DNA of 64,000 nucleotides. Source: an uncultured Chloroflexia bacterium. Lineage in GTDB: Bacteria > Chloroflexota > UBA6077 > JACCZL01. The notes below the pieces were generated by a model. It was not told the DNA's origin and did not search any database. It saw only the letters and a program-made list of their open reading frames with translations. Shown in pieces: positions 51,836 to 62,735 of the stretch (the stretch's first letter is position 1; each line of letters opens with the position of its first letter). Both the position numbers and the translations under genes were made by a program. The stretch covers positions 1-64,000 of the forward strand of contig CAVXYC010000007.1 in assembly GCA_963765765.1 (NCBI GenBank). The letters are read 5' to 3'.

Positions 51836-53686
51836 ATGGTCTCAGGAGCCGCGGAGCTAACTCAATTCAGATCTCGTAAAAGGCCGGATTTCACCGGATT
51901 TCGACGCTGGCCGCTCGCATATGCATTAGCCGCGTCAGTGGGAGCCTATCTCGCCTCCGCCGGCAATACATTCAGGCTAAACGGAATTGCAGCCTGGCTC
52001 GTAGCCATCAGCTGCTGGATCTATGCCTGGTGGCCTCGCGATCAGCAGTTGATCCAGCGTGGGGAAACCATCGCGAGCGGCCCGCGAAAATCGGTGCTCA
52101 TTCCACTTGCCGCCATCGTGCTCGTCGGCATCTTCGTTCGGTACTACCGGCTGGCGGAAACGCCCTATGAGCCTACCAGCGACCATGCCGAAAAGCTCCT
52201 CGATGTTCAGGACATCCTTGATGGGCAACGGCCGATCTTCTTCATTCGAAACACCGGTCGTGAGCCTGCGCAGTTCTATGTAATCGCGGGGATGGTTCGT
52301 TTTCTGGGCCTACCGCCGAACTTCGACACGATGAAGCTCGGCACGGCGGCCATCGATGTGCTCACCATTCCGGCCATCTATTTACTTGTCGCTGAGCTTG
52401 GTGGCCGAGGCGCCGGGCTCGCGGCCGCCCTGGCGTACAGCATCTCTGCCTGGCCCGTGGGCATCGCCCGCGCCGGATTGCGCTTTCCGTACGCACCCCT
52501 CCCCACGGCACTAGCGCTGTGGCTGCTGTTTCGATACCTCCGCCGTGGCGATCGGCGCGACGCCCTGCTCCTCGGTCTCACGCTAGGCGTTGGCCTTTAT
52601 GGGTACAGCCCATTTCGGGTGGTGCCGCCGCTATTGCCGTTAGCGTTTGGGGTGGCCTGGCTCCGCGACCCGACCTGGCGAGCGCGAGGATTGCAGCTTC
52701 TCTATGACGGACTGTTAATTGTCCTGACTGCTGTGGTGGTGTTCATCCCACTGGGGCGATACATGCTGGAGCAGCCGAATAACTTCTGGTATCGCGCGGC
52801 AAGTCGCGCGGTCGGAGATCAAGGCCTGGCGCCATCCGCAACAGACGTGATTTTCGATGGCCTTCGGGTCTTTTTGATAAACAATTGGAACGCGGCGCTG
52901 GCCTTCAACATTCGAGGCGATTCCACCTACGTGAATGCCGAGCGGTGGGCGCCGTTTCTGGACACGATCACGGGAGTGCTGTTCCTGATAGGCGCCGGGT
53001 TAGCCATCCGGGCAATAGTGGTTCACCACGATTGGCGCTGGTTGATTGTTCTCCTTTCGTTTCCGGTGCTCTTTCTCTCGTCCACACTGGCCCTCAGTTT
53101 CCCGATTGAGAATCCCAGCGTCAATCGAGCGGGGCCAGTGCTGCCTGTGACGTTCGCTCTCGTAGGCCTCGCCGTTGCCAGCGTCGCGCAGTGGGCATTC
53201 CGTCAGCGCGGGCTGAGTACACGCATCGTCGCTGCCGTGCTGCTCGTCGCTGGATTCGCGGTGGGGGCAGCCGAAAATTACGAGCGTTACTTTGTACGGT
53301 TTGACGCACAGTACAGGGACTTCGTGCTCGATGCCACAGAAGTAGCCCGAGCGGTGAAGGCCGAGATGGGCGATGATCTTCCACTGGATAGAGTCTACGT
53401 GGTGACCTGGCCGTACTGGTTTGACACGCGACTCATGGGGATCTCGCTTGGTGATATCCGCTGGGCTGCCAGGCACTCGATTGCATCAGCTCGCGAATTG
53501 CCAGGCTCGAGCCGCGGCGACATCATCGTGGTGCTCAATCACGAAGATCAGCGTGACTTGCAGGAGATCGCCGAGCGTTGGCCAAGCTCAACAGCCAAGC
53601 TCATTCCATCCGCCCACAAGGGTCGGGACTTTTTCGTGGTACGCATATCGGAACCGGAGTTGCGCTCAGCTCAATCCGGACCCTAA
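51836..53686 (+). CDS. ArnT/PMT-family GT-C glycosyltransferase
   Basis: SDHAEK, NTGREP and LGVGLYGY; multi-TM. Confidence 0.8.
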   Translation: MVSGAAELTQFRSRKRPDFTGFRRWPLAYALAASVGAYLASAGNTFRLNGIAAWLVAISCWIYAWWPRDQQLIQRGETIASGPRKSVLIPLAAIVLVGIFVRYYRLAETPYEPTSDHAEKLLDVQDILDGQRPIFFIRNTGREPAQFYVIAGMVRFLGLPPNFDTMKLGTAAIDVLTIPAIYLLVAELGGRGAGLAAALAYSISAWPVGIARAGLRFPYAPLPTALALWLLFRYLRRGDRRDALLLGLTLGVGLYGYSPFRVVPPLLPLAFGVAWLRDPTWRARGLQLLYDGLLIVLTAVVVFIPLGRYMLEQPNNFWYRAASRAVGDQGLAPSATDVIFDGLRVFLINNWNAALAFNIRGDSTYVNAERWAPFLDTITGVLFLIGAGLAIRAIVVHHDWRWLIVLLSFPVLFLSSTLALSFPIENPSVNRAGPVLPVTFALVGLAVASVAQWAFRQRGLSTRIVAAVLLVAGFAVGAAENYERYFVRFDAQYRDFVLDATEVARAVKAEMGDDLPLDRVYVVTWPYWFDTRLMGISLGDIRWAARHSIASARELPGSSRGDIIVVLNHEDQRDLQEIAERWPSSTAKLIPSAHKGRDFFVVRISEPELRSAQSGP

Positions 53687-53761
53687 GCTGGCTCATCGTC
53701 CAGGGCATCGATCGCTGACTACACGTCAGCATGCCAGGCCGGGTGAAAGGCTGCACAGCCG

Positions 53762-55763
53762 ATGACCGCATCGCCGTTCCGCGTCACACGCCGTCAATTC
53801 GTCGCAGGGATTGGCGCTGCATCGCTCGGCCTGATCGCTGCTCCAAGGCTTCCCGCCGCAGCCGCCATTACGGATGAGGCGCAGGCGCCCATCAAGGTGC
53901 GAGTTGGACGACTGGTTCATTCCGGCCTTGCCTTTCGCGAGGGTACCTCTTTAGGGATGGCGATCCCTGCGCAGGGCGGCGGGAGCGCGACGCTGACCAA
54001 TACCGAGCGCGGTGGCCAATTTGTCTCGCAGCCACTAAAGCTCGAGTTTCCGGCCTCGCACGCCGGCGTCTACTGGGCGAGTGAGGGAGAGCTTCGCCAG
54101 CTCAACGTCGCTCTACGGTCGAGCCGCAATGGGACCGCTTGGTCAGCCTGGCAAGCGGCACCGGTGGACCACCACGGCCGTGAGGTCGCGGGTCGAGAGA
54201 CTTTTTCAGCGTTGCTTGGACTACGGAGCGCAGAGTGGGTGCAGTATCGACTTACTTTCGAGGACACCCCGGCGGCCGGCAGCATCTCGAGCGTTTCGAT
54301 TGCGTACCTCGACGCCGGCGTCACTCGCTCGTCGAGTGCGGACCTTCGCGCCTTCAATGCTAATCGGGGACCTTCCTCGCTGCTGGATCGAGTGATCACG
54401 CGCGAGCAATGGGGCGCCGACGAGTCCATTCGGTTCAGCGACGGCCAAGATCTCTGGCCGCAAGCGTACGTGACACCCAAGCTTCTGGTGGTCCACCACA
54501 CGGCCACGGACAACGAATACGCTGACCCGGCGGCGGAAGTGCGCGCGATCTATACCTATCACACGGTGGTGCAGGGATTTGGCGACATCGGCTACCACCT
54601 ATTGATCGACAATCGCGGGCAGGTTTACGAGGGCCGACGTGGCCGTGAGGTTGACCCGCTTCAGCCGAGCATGCGCGAGATCGTCAGCGCGAACGTCGTG
54701 GCCGGGCACACGCTCGGCTTCAACTACGGGTCTGCCGGAATTGCTCTGCTCGGAAACTTCGTGGATACCGAGCCCAGTGATGCGGCGATCAGCACGTTGA
54801 GCGAGGCACTGGCATTCGAGGCGCAACGCGCTGGCCTGGATCCCCTGGCACGCACCGACATGCAGCGCATGCGAGGCACCGACGGATCAAACGTATTCTG
54901 GCGTGACGATCTCGGCGTTGTCTCCGGACATAGAGACTGCATTGAAACTGAGTGCCCGGGAGACCACCTTTACGGCCAATTGCCCGAGCTACGCCAGGCA
55001 ACGGTGAACCGGCTGGGCGCGGCCGGTCCTTCGGCTCGACTCACTCGGGCCCCGGCTCTTCGCAATCTCTGGCCTGAAGATTTGGTATTCACGTGGGAAG
55101 CTCTCGACGGGGCCGCTGAGTTCAGCACACGTCTGGAAGGATTCAGGCTTTCGACTACTCCGGACTTGATTGTCCCACTCAGTGGCTACACGGAAGACGA
55201 GCGTGAGCTCTGGAGCGAATGGTCCACGTCGCGATCGCTCAGTGTACCGCTTCATCCGGACGCGGGCGGGGTCTATACGATGTTGATCCGCGCTCGGGAT
55301 GCGCGCGGGCGAGAAGGTCGTCTTTACACGCGCCGCGCCTATATCGTTGGACCTCACGTGTGGGCCGATAATGAAGATCAAGAGGCTACGCGTCGCGTTG
55401 GATCCTGGCAACGCGTGGCTCAGCCAATGCATTTCAACGGCCGCGGGTATGAGCAGGCGGACCTATCCCACGGGCCAGCGTGAATTCACCTGGATACTCC
55501 GCGCACCATTGACGGGCACCTACCGCGTGCAGGCTTGCTGGACCAGCGACGATTCCAGGGCTAGCAACGCTGAGTATCGAGCGAGCGTGAATGGGGTCGA
55601 GCAGCTTCGCGTCGCCGTGGACCAGAGCGAGCGCGGCGGAAACTGGGTGGATCTCGGCCAAATTTCGCTGGGTGAAGGTAACGTCTGCGAGGTAAGCCTA
55701 AACGGCGAGGCGGACGGTACGGTGTCGGCCGACGCAGTGCGTCTGAGCATGGTGAGCTCGTGA
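53762..55763 (+). CDS. Tat-exported N-acetylmuramoyl-L-alanine amidase (Amidase_2) with a C-terminal carbohydrate-binding-like domain, frameshift near 55478
   Basis: TRRQF, ITREQWGA, VVHHTA, DIGYH, GHRD...CPG and VDQS..GG.WV.LG...ADAVR. Confidence 0.85.
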
Positions 55764-55946
55764 TTGGTACGCGTTGCCAGCACTAGAGCCAATGCTCCGC
55801 CGGACCAAGTGGCCGGGGTCAGCGGAGCATTGCGGGTTATGGACAGTGACTCTGCCCTCACGCTTACTGACATGAGCTACCGGATCAACGTGTAGCCGTC
55901 CTCCCGCGCCTCATCCACTGATCAGGGACTTGGGCACACAGTTTGC

Positions 55947-56229
55947 CCCGGGGCATTGGCCGACATTTGTAAATACCGTATAAAGACGGCGGTAAAAGGA
56001 GCATCGATGGATACGGGAACAACAACGAAACGATGGACCGCTGGTGTATGCCAGCGCGTCGCGGCCCTCTCTACGACCGCGGCACTAAGCCTCATCATTG
56101 CCGCGTGCCAGCCCGGCCGCCCCGCCATCTCCCACCGCCCCGCCTGCCAAGCCCGCGGCCAGCCCCGCAGCGAGTCCCGCGGCCAGTCCCGCAGCGAGTC
56201 CGGTTGCACCGGCTGCGAGCCCCGCGGCA
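55947..56229 (+). repeat. Inverted duplication, left copy (promoter, RBS, lipoprotein leader, PAAS linker)
   Basis: Near-identical to the reverse complement of 59876-60132. Confidence 0.9.
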
Positions 56230-57039
56230 CCCGCGGCCTCTCCCGCCGCTTCACCGGCAGCTTCTCCGGCGGCCGGAGGTGCAGCGCCCCCTGTCGTTCA
56301 AATCGTCGCACGTGATTTCGCATTTGATGCTCCCGACACCATCGCTGCTGGTCTTACGACTATTGAGCTCAGAAACACTGGCAATGAGTCGCATCACGTA
56401 CAGATGCTGCGACTCAACGACACCGTGACGATCGAGCAATTCACAGCGGCGTTAGCTCAGGGCGAGGGGCCGGCCCTGGCTCTCGTGAGCCTTGACGGCG
56501 GAGTCGGGGCGTTAGGGAACGGCGGCTCCGGTGAGGTGATAGTAGATCTACGCCCAGGCACGTTTATGCTCGTTTGTTTCATCCCCAGCCCCGACGGAAT
56601 ACCGCACCTGGCAAAGGGCATGGTGAAACCAGTTCGCGTGGCGGCCGCGCCAGCGGTGGCAGTACCCGTGGCGGCACCCGCGGTTGCTGGCATCGTGACA
56701 ATGAAGGACTTTTCTTTCGACCTCCCTGCGAGGTTAGGCACAGGGCGGCAAACGTACCGTGTCGTGAACGAAGGCCCACAGCAGCCTCACGAAGCCAATA
56801 TCGTACGTCTGAGCGCCGGCAAAGTAGCCGCTGATGTCTCCAGTTTCTTCCAAGCACCCGCGGGACCACCGCCATTTACTCCTGAAGGTGGCATGCAAGG
56901 GCTCAGCGTGAATTCATCCGGCTTCATGGTGACGCAGTTCACGCCCGGCAACTACGCCGCGATCTGCCTCATTCCCGATCCGGCCAGCGGCAGGTCACAC
57001 TTGGAGCTTGGCATGATCAAGGAATTCACGGTTCAGTAA
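56007..57039 (+). CDS. Lipoprotein with two cupredoxin-like domains, frameshift near 56115
   Basis: IIAAC lipobox, Pro/Ala/Ser linker, CFIP..GIPHLAKGM and CLIP..GRSHLELGM. Confidence 0.8.
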
Positions 57040-57069
57040 CTCCCAAGACGGGAGAACGCAGTGCCGATT

Positions 57070-57145
57070 CCCGTAGGGGTGCGGCTCTCCTAGAACACTT
57101 CGCGCTCAAGGAGTAAGGTCATCTAGGGCAACCGCACCCTCTGGG
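57070..57145. repeat. REP-like hairpin
   Basis: GTAGGGGTGCGG..CCTAGA ... TCTAGG..CCGCACCC. Confidence 0.55.
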
Positions 57146-57224
57146 TATCTGCTCTGTGCTCTACCGCAACCCGAGGTAGAGTGCTCGCGTACCATAAATG
57201 CGAGACTCTTCTGAGGAGACGCTA

Positions 57225-57419
57225 GTGGCAATCAACCGAGGACTCTACCGTTCGCGTAGCAATCGCGTCATAGCAGGCGTTGCAGGTGCGTTGGCCGAGC
57301 GTTTCGGCTGGCCTGTCTGGATCGTGCGGCTCGTGTGGCTTCTATTGCTCCTGCCAGGCGGATTTCCGGGGCTGATCTCCTACTTGTTTTTCTGGATCGT
57401 CATACCGTCCGAATCGTAA
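57225..57419 (+). CDS. pspC: PspC domain protein
   Basis: LYRSRSNRVIAGVAGALAE...YLFFWIVIP. Confidence 0.85.
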   Translation: MAINRGLYRSRSNRVIAGVAGALAERFGWPVWIVRLVWLLLLLPGGFPGLISYLFFWIVIPSES

Positions 57420-58264
57420 GAACTCCGGCTTGCGTCCCGTTGGCTTGCTTGCGGAGTCTGCGCTCCCGTGCGATCGTGGGGCGGGACGTCCGCGCTTGCA
57501 GCAAGTCCATGACGGGCGCTTGCAACGGTGCCTGCCTCGGCCGCGATGCGGGTTCGCACGGAATCTTCCGTGCTCTGGAGCTCGATGCGTCGACTCAAGA
57601 GCGATAGCGAGAAATTGACGACGAAATACATGGATGTCGCGACGAATAGCGCCTGGATGGGTCCAGTCTCGAAACCACTGTAGAGAATCTTCGCCTTTTG
57701 TAAGAGCTCCGTCGTTCCGATTACGTACGTCAGCGACGTGTCCTTGATGAGCGTAATGAGCTGACTCACCTGGGGTGGCACCATGCGGCGCAGCGCTTGC
57801 GGCAAGACTACGAGCTGCATCATCTGGACGTAGCCGAGGCCGAGCGCGCGCGACGCTTCAAACTGCCCCTTGTCAATGGATACGATTCCGGCGCGAACGA
57901 TCTCTGCATTGATGGCGCTGGTGTAAATCGTGAGCGCAAGAATCGCTGCCACAATGGGGTCTTCCCAGCTCAGTCGCACACCGAGAATGGTGAAGCCTTT
58001 GGCTCCGCCAAAAAACATGAAGAAAATGATGAGGAGGACGGGCAAGGCGCGAATCGTCTCGATATAGAGCGACGCGGGCAGCCGAATTACGCGGAATCGA
58101 CTGAGACGCGCCATGGCCAGGAGCGTTCCAAAAATTAGACTGAGGATGATGGCGAAGAACGCGATGATCAGCGTCGTCTGAAATCCCGTCAGCAGGAAGA
58201 CCCATATCTCCCACTCCAGGAACGCCTTCCAGTAACGGTATTCGAAGAGTTTGGCGATATCCAC
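57380..58264 (-). CDS. Polar amino acid ABC transporter permease
   Basis: AEIVRAGI..IDKGQFEASRALG and IKDTSL. Confidence 0.9.
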   Translation of the reverse strand: MDIAKLFEYRYWKAFLEWEIWVFLLTGFQTTLIIAFFAIILSLIFGTLLAMARLSRFRVIRLPASLYIETIRALPVLLIIFFMFFGGAKGFTILGVRLSWEDPIVAAILALTIYTSAINAEIVRAGIVSIDKGQFEASRALGLGYVQMMQLVVLPQALRRMVPPQVSQLITLIKDTSLTYVIGTTELLQKAKILYSGFETGPIQALFVATSMYFVVNFSLSLLSRRIELQSTEDSVRTRIAAEAGTVASARHGLAASADVPPHDRTGAQTPQASQRDASRSSYDSDGMTIQKNK

Positions 58265-58265
58265 G

Positions 58266-58916
58266 TCAGGCGCCCCTGAAGCGGTTGAGTCGCGCTTCAA
58301 GCACGTTCACGCCGTGTGCTAATGGCACTGTGAGAACCAGATACAGGAGTGCAACAAGCGCGAACGTCTCAAATGTAGCGAAGGTCCGAGCGTTCACCAC
58401 CTGCCCCTGATACATCAGCTCCATGACGAGCACAGACGAAGCCACGCTCGTATTCTTGGTAGCCGCGATGGTCAAGTTGCCTATTGGCGGGACGGTGATG
58501 GCCAGCGCCTGTGGCAAGACGACGCGCTGCATCGTCTGCAAATATGAGAGTCCGAGCGAGCGAGCTGCCTCTATCTGCCCGCGGTTGATGGAGAGAATTC
58601 CCGCGCGAACGGCCTCAGCTACGAACGCCGATGTGTAAAAACCTAGTGCGAGAAGCGCGCCTGTGAACTCGGGGAGTCGGATGCCAAGAAATGGCAGTCC
58701 AAACACCCAGAAGAACATGTGCGCCAGAAGCGGTGTATTCCGTAGGAATTCGACATACGCCGCGCCAATGAAACGGATGGGCGGAGGACCACCGACCCGC
58801 AGCACCGCCACGAGCACACCGAGAACCAGCGCCAGTGCCACGCTCCCCACGGCGAGCTGCAGCGTAACTCGCAACCCATCCAGTAACAGCGGGAGACTAG
58901 CGAGAACTGGGCTCAA
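58266..58916 (-). CDS. Polar amino acid ABC transporter permease
   Basis: YVEFLRNTP and AEAVRAGI..I.RGQ.EAARSLG. Confidence 0.9.
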   Translation of the reverse strand: MSPVLASLPLLLDGLRVTLQLAVGSVALALVLGVLVAVLRVGGPPPIRFIGAAYVEFLRNTPLLAHMFFWVFGLPFLGIRLPEFTGALLALGFYTSAFVAEAVRAGILSINRGQIEAARSLGLSYLQTMQRVVLPQALAITVPPIGNLTIAATKNTSVASSVLVMELMYQGQVVNARTFATFETFALVALLYLVLTVPLAHGVNVLEARLNRFRGA

Positions 58917-59027
58917 TCAAGTGAACAATGGTTAGGGAGCAGTGGACAGCAGCGGGCGGTGCAACCTGGAACAGGAGCTCCGCCCCAGCTGCAGCCTACT
59001 ATTCACTGTCCACTGCTCACTTCGAAG

Positions 59028-60073
59028 CTAAATTGCCGCGTCCGCCGCGGTGCGACTGGGTGGGGCTGGCGTTTGGATGTATTTGCCAAGCCACTGTTTG
59101 TGGATCTCCGCCCAACGACCACTGTTCTTGAGCTGTGTCAGCGTCGCATTGATGAGGTCCACGAATTCAGGGTGGCCCTTGGCAATGCCAATCCCGTACG
59201 GCTCCTGGGTGAACGGCGGCGAAAGAAGCTTGGTGGACGGATCCTGCTCCGCGAGACCCAGAAGGATTACGTCGTCCGTGCTGATCGCGTCGGTGCGGCC
59301 CTGCTGCATGGCCAGGAGGCACTCACTGTAGACGTCGGCCTGTACGACAATCGCTTCGGGCGAGAATTTGGTGATGTTCGTCTCGCTTGTGGAGCCTTTG
59401 GCGGCACAAACGCGCTTGCCCGCGGTGTCCTGAATCCCGGTGATCTCGCTATTGCCCGGTACCAGAATCATCTGACCCGATTCGTAGTAGACGTCGGCGA
59501 AGTCGATTTGCGCCATTCGCTCTTTTGTGATGGTCATGGTGGAGACGACGATGTCGACCGTGCCCTCGGTGAGTGACGGAATACGAGCGGCGGAAGCCAT
59601 GCCGCGGAGATCGACCTTCTCAGGGTCACCGAGAACAACGCGGGCGATCTCCTTGGCGATGTCCACGTCGAAGCCCTCGATCTTGTTCGTCCGAGGGTTG
59701 AGGTATCCGAATAGCAGCACATCCTGCTTGACGCCAGCGCGCAGCACGCCGCGATCCTGGATCGCCCTCATAAAGCTGCCTGCCGGACTCGCAGCCGATG
59801 CAACCGGGCTTGCCGCGGGGCTCGCAGCCGATGCAACCGGGCTTGCCGCGGGGCTCGCGGCGGTGCAACCGGGCTTGCCGCGGGGCTCGCAGCCGGTGCA
59901 ACCGGACTCGCCGCGGGGCTGGCCGCGGGCTTGGTAGGCGGGGCGGTGGGAGATGGCGAGGCGGCCGGCTGGCACGCGGCAATGATGAGGCTTAGTGCCG
60001 CGGTCGTAGAGAGGGCCGCGACGCGCTGGCATACACCAGCGGTCCATCGTTTCGTTGTTGTTCCCGTATCCAT
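59028..60073 (-). CDS. Glutamate-type ABC substrate-binding lipoprotein, frameshift in the linker
   Basis: IIAAC lipobox, GFDVDIAKEI, TMTITKER, STDDVIL and EPYGIG. Confidence 0.9.
59780..59915. repeat. 33-bp tandem repeats encoding an ASPAASPVASA linker
   Basis: GCAGCCGATGCAACCGGGCTTGCCGCGGGGCTC repeated. Confidence 0.8.
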
Positions 60074-60132
60074 CGATGCTCCTTTTACCGCCGTCTTTAT
60101 ACGGTATCTTCAAATGTCGGCCAATCCCCGGG
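59876..60132 (-). repeat. Inverted duplication, right copy
   Basis: Near-identical to 55947-56229. Confidence 0.9.
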
Positions 60133-60358
60133 AAGTCCGACATCTGTGCCCGGACCGAAACGGTGAGGCCGCCCGACACGATCGGGGCGGACGAAGCCGC
60201 GAGCACGGGCTGCGCCACCAGCAGAACCTCCTCGATCGAACGATGTCCTAATGAGACAGCGTGCGCGGCATCACGTCGAATGAATAGCCGTGCAGATCGG
60301 TGGCGCGGTCTTAACACGGACCGAACCGTGCAAGCAATGGACCGGCCGACCGAGAGCA

Positions 60359-61123
60359 TCAGTGCCGCAGGATTTGCGAAAGAAACTGTCGGGTGCGCTC
60401 CTCGCGGGGATTGTTGAAGAACTCGGCGGTGCGGTTCTCCTCCACGACGGACCCTTCGGCCATGAAAACGACCCGGTCTGCGACCTCGCGGGCAAATCCC
60501 ATCTCATGCGTGACGATGAGCATCGTCATCCCCTGCGTGTGCGCCAGCTCGCGCATCACGTCCAGCACTTCTTTGATCATCTCGGGGTCCAACGCCGAGG
60601 TTGGCTCATCGAAGAGCATGATCTTGGGATTCATAGCCAGGCCTCGGGCAATGGCGACGCGCTGTTGCTGACCGCCTGAGAGCTGCGCCGGAAAGACATC
60701 CGCCTTTTCCGGGATGTCAACCCGCTCCAGGAGCTCGCGCCCCCGTTGGGCAGCCTTATCCTTGGGCATTTTCAATACATGGACGGGTGCCAGCGTCACA
60801 TTCTCCAGGACGGTGAGATGCGGGAAGAGATTGAATTGCTGGAAGACCATGCCGATTCGAGAGCGCAACGCGTTTACGTCGGCTTTTGGATCGCTAACTC
60901 GAATGCCGTCGACTGTAAGCTCTCCCTTATCGATCGGCTCGAGGCGATTGATGCAACGGATGAGCGTGCTTTTACCCGATCCGCTTGGCCCTGCAATCAC
61001 CACCTTCTCGCCCTCATCGATGCTCAGATTGATGTCCTGAAGCACGTGTAAGCGCCCAAACCACTTATTGACGTCCGCGAAGTCGATGATGCGCTTGGAG
61101 CCATCGGTCATCGGTGCACTCAT
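60359..61123 (-). CDS. Polar amino acid ABC transporter ATP-binding protein (GlnQ-like)
   Basis: [17 protein letters not shown] and FDEPTSALD. Confidence 0.95.
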   Translation of the reverse strand: MSAPMTDGSKRIIDFADVNKWFGRLHVLQDINLSIDEGEKVVIAGPSGSGKSTLIRCINRLEPIDKGELTVDGIRVSDPKADVNALRSRIGMVFQQFNLFPHLTVLENVTLAPVHVLKMPKDKAAQRGRELLERVDIPEKADVFPAQLSGGQQQRVAIARGLAMNPKIMLFDEPTSALDPEMIKEVLDVMRELAHTQGMTMLIVTHEMGFAREVADRVVFMAEGSVVEENRTAEFFNNPREERTRQFLSQILRH

Positions 61124-61341
61124 GGCGCGATGATACTGGAAGAATCACACCGTAGTAACTCATAGGGAAATGTTCTGGAAGTCGATGCGTTGGCTCACGA
61201 GGCAACCTTCTGGAACTGCGCGCTCACAGAGAATGCACCCGTCAGCGCTCGATCGTGGCGGCACGTTGATACCGCGCTCGCACCGTCGCAAGCATAGTCA
61301 TTGCACGCCTGGGGCCGTCCCGTTGGAGAAGAATTGTTCCG

Positions 61342-61724
61342 ATGCAACGATTCTCCATACGAGAAGATGCGATCACGTCGTGGCACATCACCAACGGGCA
61401 GGTGCGCGGAATTGACGTCACGGGCATGGCTTTTCTAGGCGTTGCCAAGATTCCCGGCAACGTGTTCGCTGGCAACTGGAAGCTCGTGGTCTACATGGAC
61501 GATTGGGCCACGCAGGAGCAGCGCGACGCACTGATATGGAGCCGTACCGCGGCCCGCATGGTGAGCCCACCCGTCTGGTCGACAGCGTCTTCTCCACGAT
61601 CCCCGGCTCCCCCGGGTACGTCTCCAAAGCTTCAGGCAGCCGCGTAAACCTACCGGAGTTCGGGATGAACTGGGAGTACAACGGCAAAAACGCTATCCAG
61701 GGCCATTTCGACCTACATCCCTAA
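61342..61724 (+). pseudogene. DUF1326 family remnant
   Basis: WHITNGQVRGIDVTG, IPGNV..GNW, A.QEQRDAL and DSVFSTIPGSP; internally deleted; upstream of DUF2182. Confidence 0.65.
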
Positions 61725-61803
61725 CTCAATCCACCGATGATCTCCGCAGCCGGTTGAGGGGGCAAAGCCGCCGCGAGCACGCCTGCTCTCCGACCCGCGG
61801 TGG

Positions 61804-62522
61804 ATGGTGTGGCTTGTGGCCGCGGTTGCCTGGCTCGTGGCGCTGGGGTTGACCATCGTCGGTCCAGGGCTGGGTGATCACCGTGTGCTTGACGCCACTG
61901 GTGGTTTGAGCACCAGCGGCGTACTCGGCTTCCTCACAGGCTGGCAGGTCATGATCGCCGCGACGATGCTGCCAACCACGATCCCCATGGTCCAGTACTT
62001 CGGTCGGGCAAGCCTAGATCAGCCCAACGGTCGTTCTGCGCTATTCGTATTCCTGCTGGCGTACGTGCTGCTCTGGACGGCGTTCGGAATCACCGCGCTC
62101 ATGCTGGATTCCGGTCTGCACTGGCTTGCCTGGCAAACCCCATGGCTCGCCGAGCGAGGCTGGATCCTCGCGGGTGCGACCCTGATGCTCGCGGGAGCGT
62201 TTCAGTTCAGCCCAATCAAAGGCCGCTGCCTCCGAGAGTGTCGCCATCCGATGAGCTTCATGCTGCACTACTACCGTCACGGCTACCGGCCGGCGTTCGA
62301 GATCGGCATTCGCCAGGGCCTTCACTGCCTGGGCTGCTGCTGGGCGCTGATGCTGGTGATGTTCGGCGTGGGTGTCGACAATCTCGCCTGGATGGCCGCC
62401 ATCGGCTGGGATCATGCTGCTGGAAGACATCACGGATGGGACGTCGTCTGGTGCCTTACGTGGGCGGAGCGCTGATCTGCTGCGGTTTGTTGGTGCTTGT
62501 ACGGGGAGCGGTGACAAACTGA
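61804..62522 (+). CDS. DUF2182 membrane protein, C-terminal frameshift
   Basis: GWQVMIAATMLP, FQFSPIK..CL..CR.P and CLGCCWALM. Confidence 0.85.
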
Positions 62523-62588
62523 AAAGGGCACGTCCGGCGCAGTTGTACAATCGTGTCCAGGATGCGCACCGCCTATAGAGCCAGATCA

Positions 62589-62696
62589 CATCGACGTAGT
62601 GGCGTCCCCTCACGGGGGCCACCTGGACATCCGGGATACATTCGGCGATAAGGATATTCAGGTGGCGCCCGTAAAGGGGACGCCACTACGTCGATG
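62589..62696. repeat. REP-like long hairpin
   Basis: CATCGACGTAGTGGCGTCCCCT ... AGGGGACGCCACTACGTCGATG. Confidence 0.75.
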
Positions 62697-62735
62697 CCAA
62701 TTTAGACCAGTACAGCCGCACGATCTCTGATCTCA

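Noticed and set aside
271-62522. Numerous frameshifts in otsA, SRAP, acyl-CoA ligase, arsC, aquaporin, phoX, amidase and others as programmed frameshifting or mass pseudogenisation
   Set aside because: They are single-base indels, often in homopolymers, spread across core and accessory genes with intact motifs on both sides. Long-read consensus error is the simpler explanation.
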